Positions 38,969 to 53,711 of a DNA stretch of 64,000 bases are shown piece after piece. Origin of the DNA: Octopus vulgaris (lineage: Eukaryota); the NCBI GenBank assembly GCA_951406725.2, contig OX597830.1, positions 46,996,001 to 47,060,000 of the forward strand, in the 5' to 3' direction. The position numbers and the translations under genes were made by a program. Every line of letters begins with the position of its first letter. Positions within the stretch are counted from its first letter, which is position 1. Below the pieces are notes generated by a model. It was not told the DNA's origin. It worked only from the letters and a program-made list of their open reading frames with translations, and did no database searches.

Positions 38969-41099
38969 GTAGTAGTAGTAGTTGTAGTGCTGTTGTTGTT
39001 GTTTTTTATTGCTATTATCGTTTCCGTATTATCATTTATATATCATTATCGTTTCTTGGCCAGTTATTTAATTGTAGATTTCTTCATAAATACGGCCAAA
39101 ACCAACAAAACAACAAATTTTGTACAACCCAGAAATAAAACTACAAACGTTCCAGTGACTTCAAATAAACAAAATTAAAAGTGTTCCTAATAAAAACTCT
39201 AACTCTTTATCCCTTCCTGTAGCATTTTGAACAGATTATTTCTTTTAATGAATTTATTTAATGTTGAATTATTTGAGCTCTCATTTCTCTAAGGGAGAAA
39301 AAATCTCGAGATGTGTTTATTGTGAGGTTTTCTCCATCGTCTCTACACTCGGCGCTTAAAAGGTTGGTGCAGACAAACATTTCTCTCTTTTTTTTTTCTA
39401 TTTGCTTTTGGTTATCTTCCATTTGAAATCTAGAACAAAACAGATTAAACAGCTTTATGTGAATCGCCATCGCTTTATCTTCAACTCGGTCAATTGTTTT
39501 GTTTTCTTAATACGGTTTTCGAACCTCATATACAAGCAGATTATTCTTTGGTTGGAATTTTTCTTTTTATTACAAGCATCTTCAAACATTTTCTTTTGCT
39601 CGTTACAGATTAAATTTTATGCAAATGTTTTGTGCTTTCGTCTTTTGTAATCTGACTTCCCTCAAGTTGAGATTTCATATTTTTACAATCGTACTTTTTG
39701 TAAACGGTTCAAGTTTTTCCACATTTTGCGTGCAACGTTTGACAGACGTTTCTGTTTTGTTTTCGTTTGTTAATACGCCATTATCGAGGTCAGTAGTGTT
39801 TCTTTCAACAAAATATTTTGTCTCTTCTTACTTTCTAAATCAGTTCCAAGTAAATAGATATGACTTGTCGAACTCTGTCAGACTTAAACATTTTGTCTGC
39901 TCAGCAAATGTCTTACGGGTCAGTCGAACTATGCAAATGTCACCCAATCCACAACAAAAACTTCAGCTAGAAAGAGAAGTGAAGCAAGCAAAAGAAATTC
40001 CAATCAAATGATCTAAATGTTTTTTCTGTATTTTAAAATATTATCGCTTTCTCTTAGTCAAAATATATGAAAACAATAGACACAATAAATTCGCTAAGTA
40101 AGAAGGTGGGAAGCACAGGAGTAAAAGCGGAACTGATAGAAGATGGAAGGAATAGTGAACTATTGTCTTAAGATTGAGCGAATACTTATAGAGGAAAGAA
40201 AGAGCCGGGGCATGGAAACGTTGGAAGTGAAGCTAGAGATAAGAAATGTCAGAAAAGAGATCATGCGACACGCACCAGAAGAATGTTTTATACGCTGTGA
40301 TGTATCAATACACGTAGGTGGAGAAGGGAAGGCTAATCTCCCAGATATTGGTCTTAAGAACTATCAGGAGCGGTTGTGCAATTTAATCGAATCATAACAG
40401 TCAATAACATTGTTGAAAAAATTCAGAAACTATTCAAATAAAAAAATCTGTAAATAAAACCAAGAAATGGGGATTGAAAACAGAAACAATCTCTTTAAAA
40501 CTTAAGTGTGTAGGGAATAGTTAAAAAGCCTGTTGGCAAATACTAAACCAAAATCGCAGCACTTAAAATTCTGAATAATCTACAGAAAACAACGCCATTA
40601 GACAGTGTCCAGTGCAAGAGGAAAAATAAAACTAAAATAAAACATCGTACATAACGTATGATGACAGAGCAGCGCTGAGTGGGGCAGAGAGGACACGGGG
40701 TGTTGCAGTTTGAGGAAGAGGACAGCAGTACTTTAGTGGTACTTTATCGATTCTGAAAGGATGAAAAAAAATGTTGATCTTGACGGGATTTGAAGCCAGT
40801 ACATAAAGAGCCGGAACAAATACCACAAGACATTTTGCCAATCCACCACTCTTAAGAATTCTTTTTAAACTTAGGAATAAGGCCTGCAATTTTGTGGGGA
40901 GGGGGTCAGTCAGTTATATTGTCTCCAGTATTTGACCGGTACTTTATTTTATCGATCTCGACAAGATGGTGAGCAAAGTCCAGGTTCAGTTGCTTGTAAA
41001 TCCAATACGGTCACTTCTGAAGAGTTTATCTCAAGCAACCAATTCTCTGTTGTAGCCATGAGTGGTCATCATTTTTTAGAAACTGTTCTTAACTATTGA

Positions 41100-41470
41100 T
41101 CTCAAAGTCCTCCAGAAAAAGTTCTCTTTCTTTGACGATATTCTAAATCGCTTGACACGAATCTGACGATAAGCCAGGTCCGTCGTGAGAATCGCCTCAG
41201 CACTCACTTTTAACAAAGCAGAGCTGGCGATATCCCTCTGTCTAGTGGCTATTACGAAAGAGTTTGTGTGGTGGACCAGGCTGAAAGGATTGAGAAAAGA
41301 TACCTTCCTCTTCGGTCAAGCTCTAATCGACTTTTTGAAGTTCTTCTTGGAGTAGAAAGAGTGGGCGGAGAGAGAAGTGACGCCTCCCAGTGAATTTTGT
41401 GAAAAGATGGGTGACAGTGGAAAAAATGGTTAGAGTGAATGGTCCTAATCTAAGCAGGCGCCTGTAGATT
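41100..41470 (+). pseudogene. L1/Tx1-like ORF2 C-terminal relic
   Basis: LCLVAITKEFVWWTRLKG..ER...F...W resembles the AK..IW..R C-terminal motif of L1/Tx1 elements. Confidence 0.5.
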
Positions 41471-41551
41471 GGAGAGCAACAGTTGGGCAAGGGCTCGTGC
41501 CATTCGTGGTCAGTGTAGTCCTGGGTCAGTGCGGTTACTTGATTGACCCAA

Positions 41552-41781
41552 GGCGGCAAGCTGGCTGAAACGTTAGCACGCCGGGCGAAATGCTTAGCGG
41601 TATTTCGTCTGCGTTACGTTGTGAGTTCGAATTCCGCCGAGGTCGACTTTGCCTTTCATCCTTTCGGGGTCGATAAATCAAGTACCAGTTACGCACTGGG
41701 GTCGATGTAATCGACTTAATACCTATGTCTGTCCTTGTTTGTCCCCTCTGTGTTTGGCCCCTTGTGGGTAATAAAGAAATA
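41552..41781 (+). mobile_element. Young SINE family A with 17-bp TSD
   Basis: GGTTACTTGATTGACCC at 41533-41549 and 41782-41798. Confidence 0.95.
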
Positions 41782-41982
41782 GGTTACTTGATTGACCCTA
41801 GTTTGAATTCATTCTGTGTTGAGAGGACTGCATCATTCATATTGTCACACAATTTGCTTACTTTTGTGGCATTTCAGTGTCTTTCATTTCGTTCTTTTCG
41901 ACTTTTATATAAACTCCCACACAAATTGTTAACTGTCCTTGTGATCTCCCTCTTATTTAAGCCTCTGTGTTTACTGAAAGAA

Positions 41983-42034
<52 letters not shown>

Positions 42035-42760
42035 TTTTGACCAGCTGTGTAAAAATAACTGATGTCTATGAGAAAAGTACAATTGTAAGGAAGATCTCCC
42101 TCTCTCCTCTCTGTTCATATCTGGAACTGATGGTTTTAATCAATATATAGATATGTGCTTCAGGGTGATAATTAATCAGTCGGATAGAGATTAATTCAGG
42201 TTCTGTGTTTGATGCTGTGTTACGTAAATTGTAAGGATTTAGTGTAGAAATTGTGAGGCATCTCAATTGAGAAAAATATGGACAAACTAATTCCCATTGT
42301 AAACAGAAATAGAGACGGGGGTGGGGGTGGGGTGGAATTAGACAAAGGACAAATTTATAAATACTCAGGAATTAATTAACAGAACAGTGTGTAATACTGA
42401 CACGTGAATCAATAGCTTATTTGAAAACAGATTAATACTTGGAACATTCTACTCGGCGTTTCGACCTGCTAGAAATGGCAGCTAAATTTTCCACTTTGTT
42501 TGGAATGAAGTACTCTAGTCGAATATAGCTTTTTCTCAATCAGACTTAACCTGGGCTAAATTATTATTATCATTATTAACACTGATTAAATTTTAATTAA
42601 AACATCGAAATAAGGTGCTAGATATTAATACCCGAACTGCTTTAATAATTAATTATAATTATGTAAATTACAACTAGAATTAAGTTACTTCTCAACACTT
42701 GATAGTAAATTGTCGATGTGAAAGTAGGACTTCTTTAATCAGAATATATAGTAGTAGTAG

Positions 42761-42828
<68 letters not shown>

Positions 42829-44245
42829 GTTGTAGTAGCAGCAGCATTAGTAGTAGTAGTATGGGGGTCATGTGCTGTAACAGTGCTTTGCTTCAGCCTT
42901 CATTTGTTGGTGATTCCCTGCTAGTCTTTGGCGGATGACATCTTTGCAGCACTCGGGCGACAACCCATGGGTCTGTTTTAGGTACTCACTGCTGGCGATG
43001 GTTTTATGAAATCGGTGTGAAAATCCAACCTCAACCCCCTTTAGTTACGTAGAGGAAATTTTGGGTCTATTCTTTGGCATGGCGGAGGACAACAAAAATA
43101 TCTAATTACATAAATAGCAATAAACTACATATTGATTAAAAAATACCGATTTTATCTTAAGGGAAGCTTACAAATGCCAAATTTGAACAGAGAATAAATA
43201 GAAGGAAATAACTGTTATTGCTAATATTCGACAAGATCGAGTAAGGTATGGACTGAGAAGTTCTGCTTTCAAGGCCGCAACAAAATAATCACAACAGAAA
43301 ACCGAAGCGTTTTCCCTGAGAAGCTACCAAAAAATAATGAGGTACAGGATAAAATAAAACATAAAATAGAAAATAAAATTAAAAGTAGAATATAAAATAT
43401 AAGATGTGAAACAAATAAATTTAAATGGAAAATAAAAGATAAGAGGCACCGAAAAAGAAAAAACAAAAAGCAAAAAACAAAAACAAAAAAGAAGCAATCG
43501 GCACAGGTTCAAACTGCCGTACGTAATCAAAATGAAGTTTATAAATACAGGAAGTAAATCATACATTAAATTAAATCTCGAGAAATGAAAAGATCGTGGC
43601 TATAATCTGGGATAATCTTTATGTTCTGCGGATGAAAGAGAGTGAAAAACAGTAAATTCGCCGATTTAGAGCTTCAGGTAAATCTTCAAGACATCGTCAA
43701 ATCAGTCTTAATGGAATGTGAAGGTAAAAGAAATGGAGGAGCTCGTTAAATATACAGAAATGGAAGCTGATTACTTTAATTCTTTTACTAGTTTCAGTCA
43801 CTGAACTTAGGCTCTGCTGGAATATTACCTTCAAAAGTTCTTTATGTATCTGTATCGAACCCAATTCTGTGGGTTTTATACGGACGCTGGTTGCAAATGA
43901 ACAGCGAAAATATCGCAACATATTTTGGTTCTATACATCAGTTCTAATCATCTTACACCTCACTGATGTACACGTGCACACACGCACATACACACACATG
44001 CCATCATACGTACACATATACACACATACACACATGCGCAAATATATATGTATGTGTAGAGGCGCGAACTTAGTGGTTGGGCTCAATTCTCATAATCGTA
44101 CTCATGAGCATAAGATCGTGATTTCAATTCCTCGAAGAGGCGTGGAGTTGTGTTTTTGAGCAAAAGACCTCCACTTCCCTTTGCTCCAGCGCATTCAGCT
44201 GACAAAAACAAGTATTCTCACGACAGATCGGCATGCCGTCCAGGT

Positions 44246-44287
<42 letters not shown>

Positions 44288-44822
44288 ATAGATATAGATA
44301 GATATATACACGAACATATATGTGTGTGTGGGTGTGTGTCCGTATATCTAACCTCCATGGTAACAAAGGTTGCCCCAATATATGCCAACTTGGTCATGAT
44401 GTTCAAATATATATGTACATGAAAAGTTTAGACCAAATTATGGCATCAGCTTGCATACGTACACATACATTCATATAAATATATAACTTACTCTCACCCA
44501 CATATAATTTATTTCTCAGTTATGTAGAACATTATGCTTTCCAAATATGGCATGCCTGGGCATCGTACACAAAATCACGTGGTTGCGATGCAAACCTCTC
44601 AACCAGAATGCATAATTTTCGTAATAATAGATTCATGATTAAGAAAGCATATTTATAATTGAGCTCTTCCTTTTACAAAAGCAAGCACACCTCAACTCAC
44701 GTTACGTTATAGTCGTATGGGCACAGCTCAGCTGAGTTGAGTTATGGCTGAATAACATAGGAAAATAGATGTTGTGAGAGAAATGGCCCTGACTGCATAA
44801 AGTAGAATGCGGACATCTTTAC

Positions 44823-44862
<40 letters not shown>

Positions 44863-45596
44863 GAAATCATAAGACTTGACCAAGGCACGATAAGAGCATG
44901 CAATGGCAGTAAACTACAAGAAGAAAGAGGAAGTGTAGTGGTAGAAGGAGAAGGAGGAGGAGGAGAGAAGGAAAGAGCAAAGTATGAGAGAAGAAGAATG
45001 GGAGGGAGGAGGAGTAGGAGGAAGGGAAGAGGAGAATAAGAAGAAACGAATTGAGAAATGATGATGATGATGTTGCTGCTGCTGATGATGATGATAAATT
45101 TGTATTAACATGACGACAACGATGATTGATCATAAAGATAACTTGTATTGCTTTTTAAACGAGGTTACACACGCACACGCACACATACACACACACATGG
45201 ATATATATATATGTATGTGTGTGTGTGAATATATATATATATATTTAGACACACATACACACACACACACACACCATACACGACATGTGAGTGAAGCAGT
45301 TTGTAAGAGTTTAAAAATAACAAAACAATAATTATTTTTATCACGTAAAATAAATTTTGCAAAGCTTCGGAAAGAAAGAAAATCAATTCGATTTCCAAAA
45401 ATTCACATTCTCGTACATAAAATTTTCTTTACCATCCCTAAATATTCTGAAACTTGTGAGTCAGAGAATAATGCGAGACGAAGATGGGATTTAGTTTTCA
45501 TTTTAACCAATCATGACACATACGTGCGCGCGCACACACACACACACGCAAACATGCACATGCACACACATAGACGTACATATGCATACATTACAT

Positions 45597-45972
45597 GGAA
45601 TGGAAGCACTCCGTCGGTTACGACGATGAGAGTTCCGGTTGATTCGAATCAACGGAACAGCCTGCTCGTGAAATTAACGTGTAAGTGGCTGAGCACTCCA
45701 CAGACATGTGTACCCTTAACGTAGTTCTCGGGGATATTCAGCGTGACACAGAGAGTGACAAGGCCGGCCCTTTGAAATACAGGTACAACAGAAACAGGAA
45801 GTAAGAGTGAGAGGGAGTTGTGGTGAAAGAGTACAGCAGGGATCACCACCATCCCCTGCCGGAGCCTCGTGGAGCTTTACGTGTTTTCGCTCAATAAACA
45901 CTCACAACGCCCGGTCAGGGAATCGAAACCGCGATCCTATGACCGCGAGTCCGCTGCCCTAACCACTGGGCC
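45597..45972 (-). mobile_element. SINE family B, tail type 2
   Basis: Reverse complement of the family B head; CATACATTACAT direct repeats on both flanks. Confidence 0.92.
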
Positions 45973-46089
45973 ATACATTACATACATACAGGCATGCGTG
46001 CATACATACATACGAACATACATACATGTACGTTGATGTCATGTGATGCACGTATTGTAACACTGAAATACCACCCTCTGCAGAGGGGA

Positions 46090-46790
46090 GGTACCGGTAA
46101 CTATGTTTTGCCCAAGTTTGCGACTAATGAAATCAATAACATAATTAAGGTGGCTAATGAACTTGAGGAAAAATATGAAATAACAGCTGATACAGGCATT
46201 CCGAAGCAGCATTAGTAAAATCTATTTATCAGAAGAAGAAAATAGAAAAGGAAAATGGAGAAGCTCACTAAAAAGACAGCGCGTGGATTCTTGGCTCGCA
46301 AAATACGAACCGCAGAAGGGATTGATGATGTCAAGAGCTTGGCATGAAACACCGATAAGTTTATGACATCCCATTTTGAAGGCTACCTCCATGTAATTCA
46401 AGAAGGAGAGATTCCCATCAAGTACCTACAGCATAAGAGACAGAAAACGTTGTCAGACAAGAAATGTAGGCCGTGCAAGACCAACACTGAAGACATCAAC
46501 CACATCATTTAAGAGAATGTCTTCCAAAGCATAAGAAACTGACGCGGATTGTCCAAATCGAATCTTTTAGTGGCACAGTGAAGGTTTGCAAAACATTCCA
46601 AAACTATTCCATCTGTGATTCTTATGTGAATAGATGCACACGATTGAGTGTATGCATCGACAGTGCCACCAACTCAACCACATATTTATATACACCGGGA
46701 ACTCTCTCATCTCAAAAAGTCTTGTCGCTTCTTTAGGGACCTGCTTAAACTCTCTCAAGGAGAACTTAACTAAAACTCCAAAAAAAATTA
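46090..46790 (+). pseudogene. R4/Dong-like non-LTR relic (zinc knuckle region)
   Basis: TSHFEGYLHVIQEGEIPIKYL..KCRPCKTNTEDINHII, and later VASLGTCLNSLKENL. Confidence 0.7.
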
Positions 46791-47916
46791 TACATACACA
46801 TACATACATATACATGCATATATACATACATACATGCATACATGCATGCATACATGCATGCATGCATACATACATACATACATACATACATACATACATA
46901 CATACATACATACATACATACATACATACATACAAGCTAGATCTAGTTTAGAAGTCTTTTGCTTAAAGGTCAACTCAGTCAGATATTCATGTTTAATGTG
47001 TTCCTTATAAAAATGAGGGTAATAATCGAAGAAAATCTATTGGAACTGCATCGGTTTCGGGGAGCTGGAGTGTTCGTACATAGATGAGTAGAGAGGAAAG
47101 TGACTGCGGAAAACCAGGAAGAACTCCAAAGATAACAATAACACCATTGCAGTATTAAGTAAGAACCAACAATCTGGCAAAGGAAAAAAGGACAGAAACC
47201 GGATCCAGCTACAAATTTCTTTTAGAAAGGGAAAGCTAAATGGCGGTTATAGTGGGGTTGGATTTGGTATCGTGAAACAACAATTCATGCCATTAATGAA
47301 CAAATCAGATTCACACTTTAGAAAGAGAGAGAAGAGGGAGAGAGGGAGAGGGGGAGAGAGAGGGAGAGAGAAGGAGAGAGAGAGAGGGGGCGAAATCGCA
47401 TTGCCATCATCAGTGTATCTGGTTTAACTCTGGACACTGATCTAGGAATCTTTATAGGAATGACTCGGTCTCCGCTTCGGATTCTTGCTATGAATAACGT
47501 CTTATGACCAATCTGTCATTCCACGTGGCACGTATCAGATTCTGGTACTTACATAAGAATTGATTTTTATCTAAGAAAATTGAAAATTGCTGCATTTTGA
47601 AATTTGATATTTTGTATTATAATTTTCTTAAGGTTCAGTGTAACGAAAGCTTTAATTACATCACATTTAATCGTTTGTAGCGAGGATGTATTTTGAATTC
47701 ATTGCAGACTTTATGTCTGTTTGGATTATTCGTTTGGAAGGAGGAAACTTTATTTATTGCTTGGTTGAATTTGTGCAAAGTTAGATCTAACTGTGATATA
47801 TTGCACGTTTAACTTCAGTGTTAAATGGAGCATTTTGGGGAAAACATCTCAAATGCTTTAGTGAATAAATATTTAAAGACAGATATTTTATTCCCCCAAT
47901 ATTTTTAAATATGACG

Positions 47917-49753
<1,837 letters not shown>

Positions 49754-49789
49754 CACCGATTTTGCTATCTTCTTAGTTTCGTTGGATTT

Positions 49790-50875
49790 TCCAATCCAAG
49801 CAGACCAGATACTTGAGCATAACAAGCCGGACCTAGTGGTGGTGGTCAGGGGATAAGGTAAACCACATGTGCTCTATAATTGGTGTTGCGTGTCCCTTTC
49901 ACCTACGAATAGTTAAAAAGGAAGGCGAAAATAGACATTTATAATACTTTTAAGGAAGAGTTGGTTGGGTCGATAAATTAAGTACCAGTTGCGTACTGGG
50001 GTCGATTTAATCGACTGGCACCCTCCTAAAAAAATTCCGGACCTTATGCCTAGAGTAGAAAAGAAAAGGTTGAAGATAGCGCCAATTATTGTTAGGTCCT
50101 TGGGGACAGTATCAAGAGGCATCAAAAAGAATATAAAGGCAATTGGAATAGAGTGTCCAGTAACACCGTTGGTACGGCTAGAATCATCAGGAAAATATTA
50201 GACAGTTGAAGGGAACATATAGCATGGGAGTTTAGGGTATAGTGGCTAACCCGCTACGCATGGAAGACTCCGGGCACAGGGCCAGCAGATTTTGTAACAC
50301 CTACGAATAGTTAAAAAGGAACGCGAAAATAGACATTTATAATACTTTTAAGGAAGAGTTGGTTGGGTCGATAAATTAAGTACCAGTTGCGTACTGGGGT
50401 CGATTTAATCGACTGGCACCCTCCTCAAAAATTTCGGACCTTGTGCCTAGATTAGAAAAGAAAAGGTTGAAGATAGCGCCAATTATTGTTAGGTCCTTGG
50501 GGACAGTATCAAGAGGCATCAAAAAGAATATAAAGGCAATTGGAATAGAGTGTCCAGTAACACCGTTGGTACGGCTAGAATCATCAGGAAAATATTAGAC
50601 AGTTGAAAGGAACACGTAGCATGGGAGTTTAGGGTATAGTGGCTAACCCGCTACGCATGGAAGACTCCGGGCACAGGGCCAGCAGATTTTGTAATACCTA
50701 CGAATAGTTAAAAAGGAAGGCGAAAATAGACATTTATAATACTTTTAAGGAAGAGTTGGTTGGGTCGATAAATTAAGTACCAGTTGCGTACTGGGGTCGA
50801 TTTAATCGACTGGCACCCTCCTCAAAAATTTCGGACCTTGTGTCTAGAGTAGAAAAGAAAAGGTTGAAGATAGCG
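49790..50875 (+). mobile_element. R4/Dong-like RLE 3' end containing a SINE A tail, amplified as ~398-bp tandem units
   Basis: DFPIQADQILEHNKPDLVV..IIGVACP..PIIVRSLGTV..GTARIIRKILDS; units start at 49901, 50299 and 50696. Confidence 0.85.
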
Positions 50876-51367
50876 GAAGATGAGTTTTATCGACTCCAGT
50901 GCTTGACTGGAAACGTATTTCATCGACACTGAAAGGATGAAAGACGAGGTCGACATCAGCAGAATTTGAACTCAGAACGTAGTAGATCCGAACGAAATGC
51001 AGATAAGCATCTTTTCCGGCGTGCAGATGATTCAGCCAGCTCGTAGCTTTAACAAGAATAATAATCCTTTCCACTGTAGGCCTGCTTTAATAATGATAAT
51101 TATTATACAGATAATAATAATAATTGTTTTAAACATGTAGTTGTGAAATACAGACACACATACAACCCACCCCACCAACCACATACATTTTAAAAGCAAT
51201 GGAAGCTGTCGCGCGGACGCGCAACAACTAGTTCAGGCTTCTGACTCTCTTTCGTTTTTCCACTGAGTCACCACGGTTACTAGAAATAGTATCACTATTA
51301 ACACTATTATCATTGCAACCTTATCCTTTCGACCTCTCCTTCTTCTTCTTCTTCTTCTTCTTCTTCT

Positions 51368-51416
<49 letters not shown>

Positions 51417-51539
51417 ATATATGCATATATGTATATATTTACACACACACATATATATATATATGTATGCATGTATGTATATATACTACATATTTATATA
51501 TACACATTTCTACAAGGTATGTATGTATATGCGTATATA

Positions 51540-51609
<70 letters not shown>

Positions 51610-51616
51610 CCAATTA

Positions 51617-51799
51617 AGGACTGAACACGAAAAGTGGACAGTCAACATGCTAGATATAGACGTCAAATCGTCATTCACCACAAAAGATTATGTTCTCAGA
51701 TCAAGAACATAATTTGATCTGAGAACATAATCTTTTGTGGTGAATGATATTTGACGTCTATATCTATATGTTGACTGTCCACTTTTCGTGTTCAGTCCT
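51617..51799. repeat. ~88-bp inverted repeat inside (TA)n
   Basis: GGACTGAACACGAAAAGTGGACAGTCAACAT..TCAGATCAA and its near-exact reverse complement, with a short spacer. Confidence 0.93.
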
Positions 51800-51846
51800 A
51801 TATATATATATATATATATCTTCGGATATTTTTATATATATACCAT

Positions 51847-52222
<376 letters not shown>

Positions 52223-52531
52223 GGATATACGGACGTCTATTTGTTTCTCTCCCGAGTCAGTAGCAAGCTACACAGCTTCAAAACTAACTGACCTTAAATA
52301 TATATATATTTGTAACCACGTGTTTGCCTACAAACCCGTAAGTACGCTTTCATTTAACTACAAATTGTTATATACACCTGTTTTTCTTTTAATATCCTCA
52401 AACAACCAAATAATCAAAAACTCACACCCTTAAGAGAGAACATTTATATATATATACACTTCTTTAACTCCCAAGAAAGAATATATATATTTTCAAAAAT
52501 CAAAAGGAAAACAAACAAAAGAAAAACAAAC

Positions 52532-53711
52532 ATGACTAACTTGCAGGCCTGCAACAGACGAAATTGGTCTGATAACGAAATTGATGTTTTAATAAACACA
52601 TGGCACTCTCTTTCCCAAACAGAAAATCTAAATGTCTTGTGTTTGAATGAGATTGCCGAAAAAACATCAGCAAGTTGAAACATATCCAAACTGATAAGAG
52701 GCCATTATGAAAAGCTTCTACATATTTTCACAGTTCAAGAACAACAACAGCTAGAAAATCAGCAGCCACAACAACAACAACAACAGAATGAGCCACTCCT
52801 GGTTCCCAACACAATGGCTGACCCTGACATCGGTCAGGCACAACAACAACAACAACAGCCACAGCAACAAGAACAACAACAGCCACTCCTCAACTCTAGC
52901 TTACTAGCGGATTCACTAAATGCCAGTATCTTTTCACCACTCTCACAGCAACCACCACAATTATCATCATCATCATCACCACCGCTGCCACCATCGTCTT
53001 CTATCACCAAAAATACCAACAGAAAACCAAATAAGAAACCACTGCCCTCTTCCCCACATCACCACCTCAATACTACTGCAGTAACAAAAACTTAAAGAAA
53101 CATAGGAAGCAGAATGCGCCCCCCACGGCACAAACAAGAAATCCCCAAATATGCCGCTATTCACTGCGCCAGAGACTCTGCACAAATAGTGACTGCATCT
53201 TCACGCATCTACCCGGCACTAGACGCACTACTGGCCAAGGCCAAAGCACGCATCCCACAATAACATCAACACCACCAAATAGTAAATCGAAATTCAAAAC
53301 ACACACAACTCGGAGTCCCAAAATCTGCCGGTATTCCCAACATGAGAGAACATGTCTACTGAGTGACTGTCCCTTCACTCATCTTCCAGGGACCCGACGC
53401 ACAAACAGAAACGGGGCCTCAAGCCAACACACAAACCTGAATAACAATAAAAATAGAAACACACCATGCTGCAGTAATGCTGGTCCAGTCTTTTCAGGAA
53501 GACACAAAAACAACAACAACAAAAGTGGAAACTACAACCCTATCCAACAGTGCAACCACACCTCCAGCCAAAAACTGCTCCCTAAGCAGGAAAATTCTTT
53601 TTAGCCATGTTGAACATGGCAAAAGAGATACACAAAAACATTCTAGCCATCACTCAACACCATCCTATGCTATTACCCCAGTGCACCAATTCCCCACATT
53701 GCTGCCACTAA
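52532..53711 (+). pseudogene. LINE ORF1: Myb/SANT-like N-terminus, polyQ, two CCCH zinc fingers (frameshifted)
   Basis: RRNWSDNEIDVLINTW; CRYSLRQRLCTNSDCIFTH (53152-53208) and CRYSQHERTCLLSDCPFTH (53326-53382); C-terminus AMLNMAKEIHKNILAI is conserved in copy 2. Confidence 0.75.

Noticed and set aside
39250-40010. Possible ancient LINE relic or 130-aa ORF
   Set aside because: No diagnostic motif could be read with confidence.
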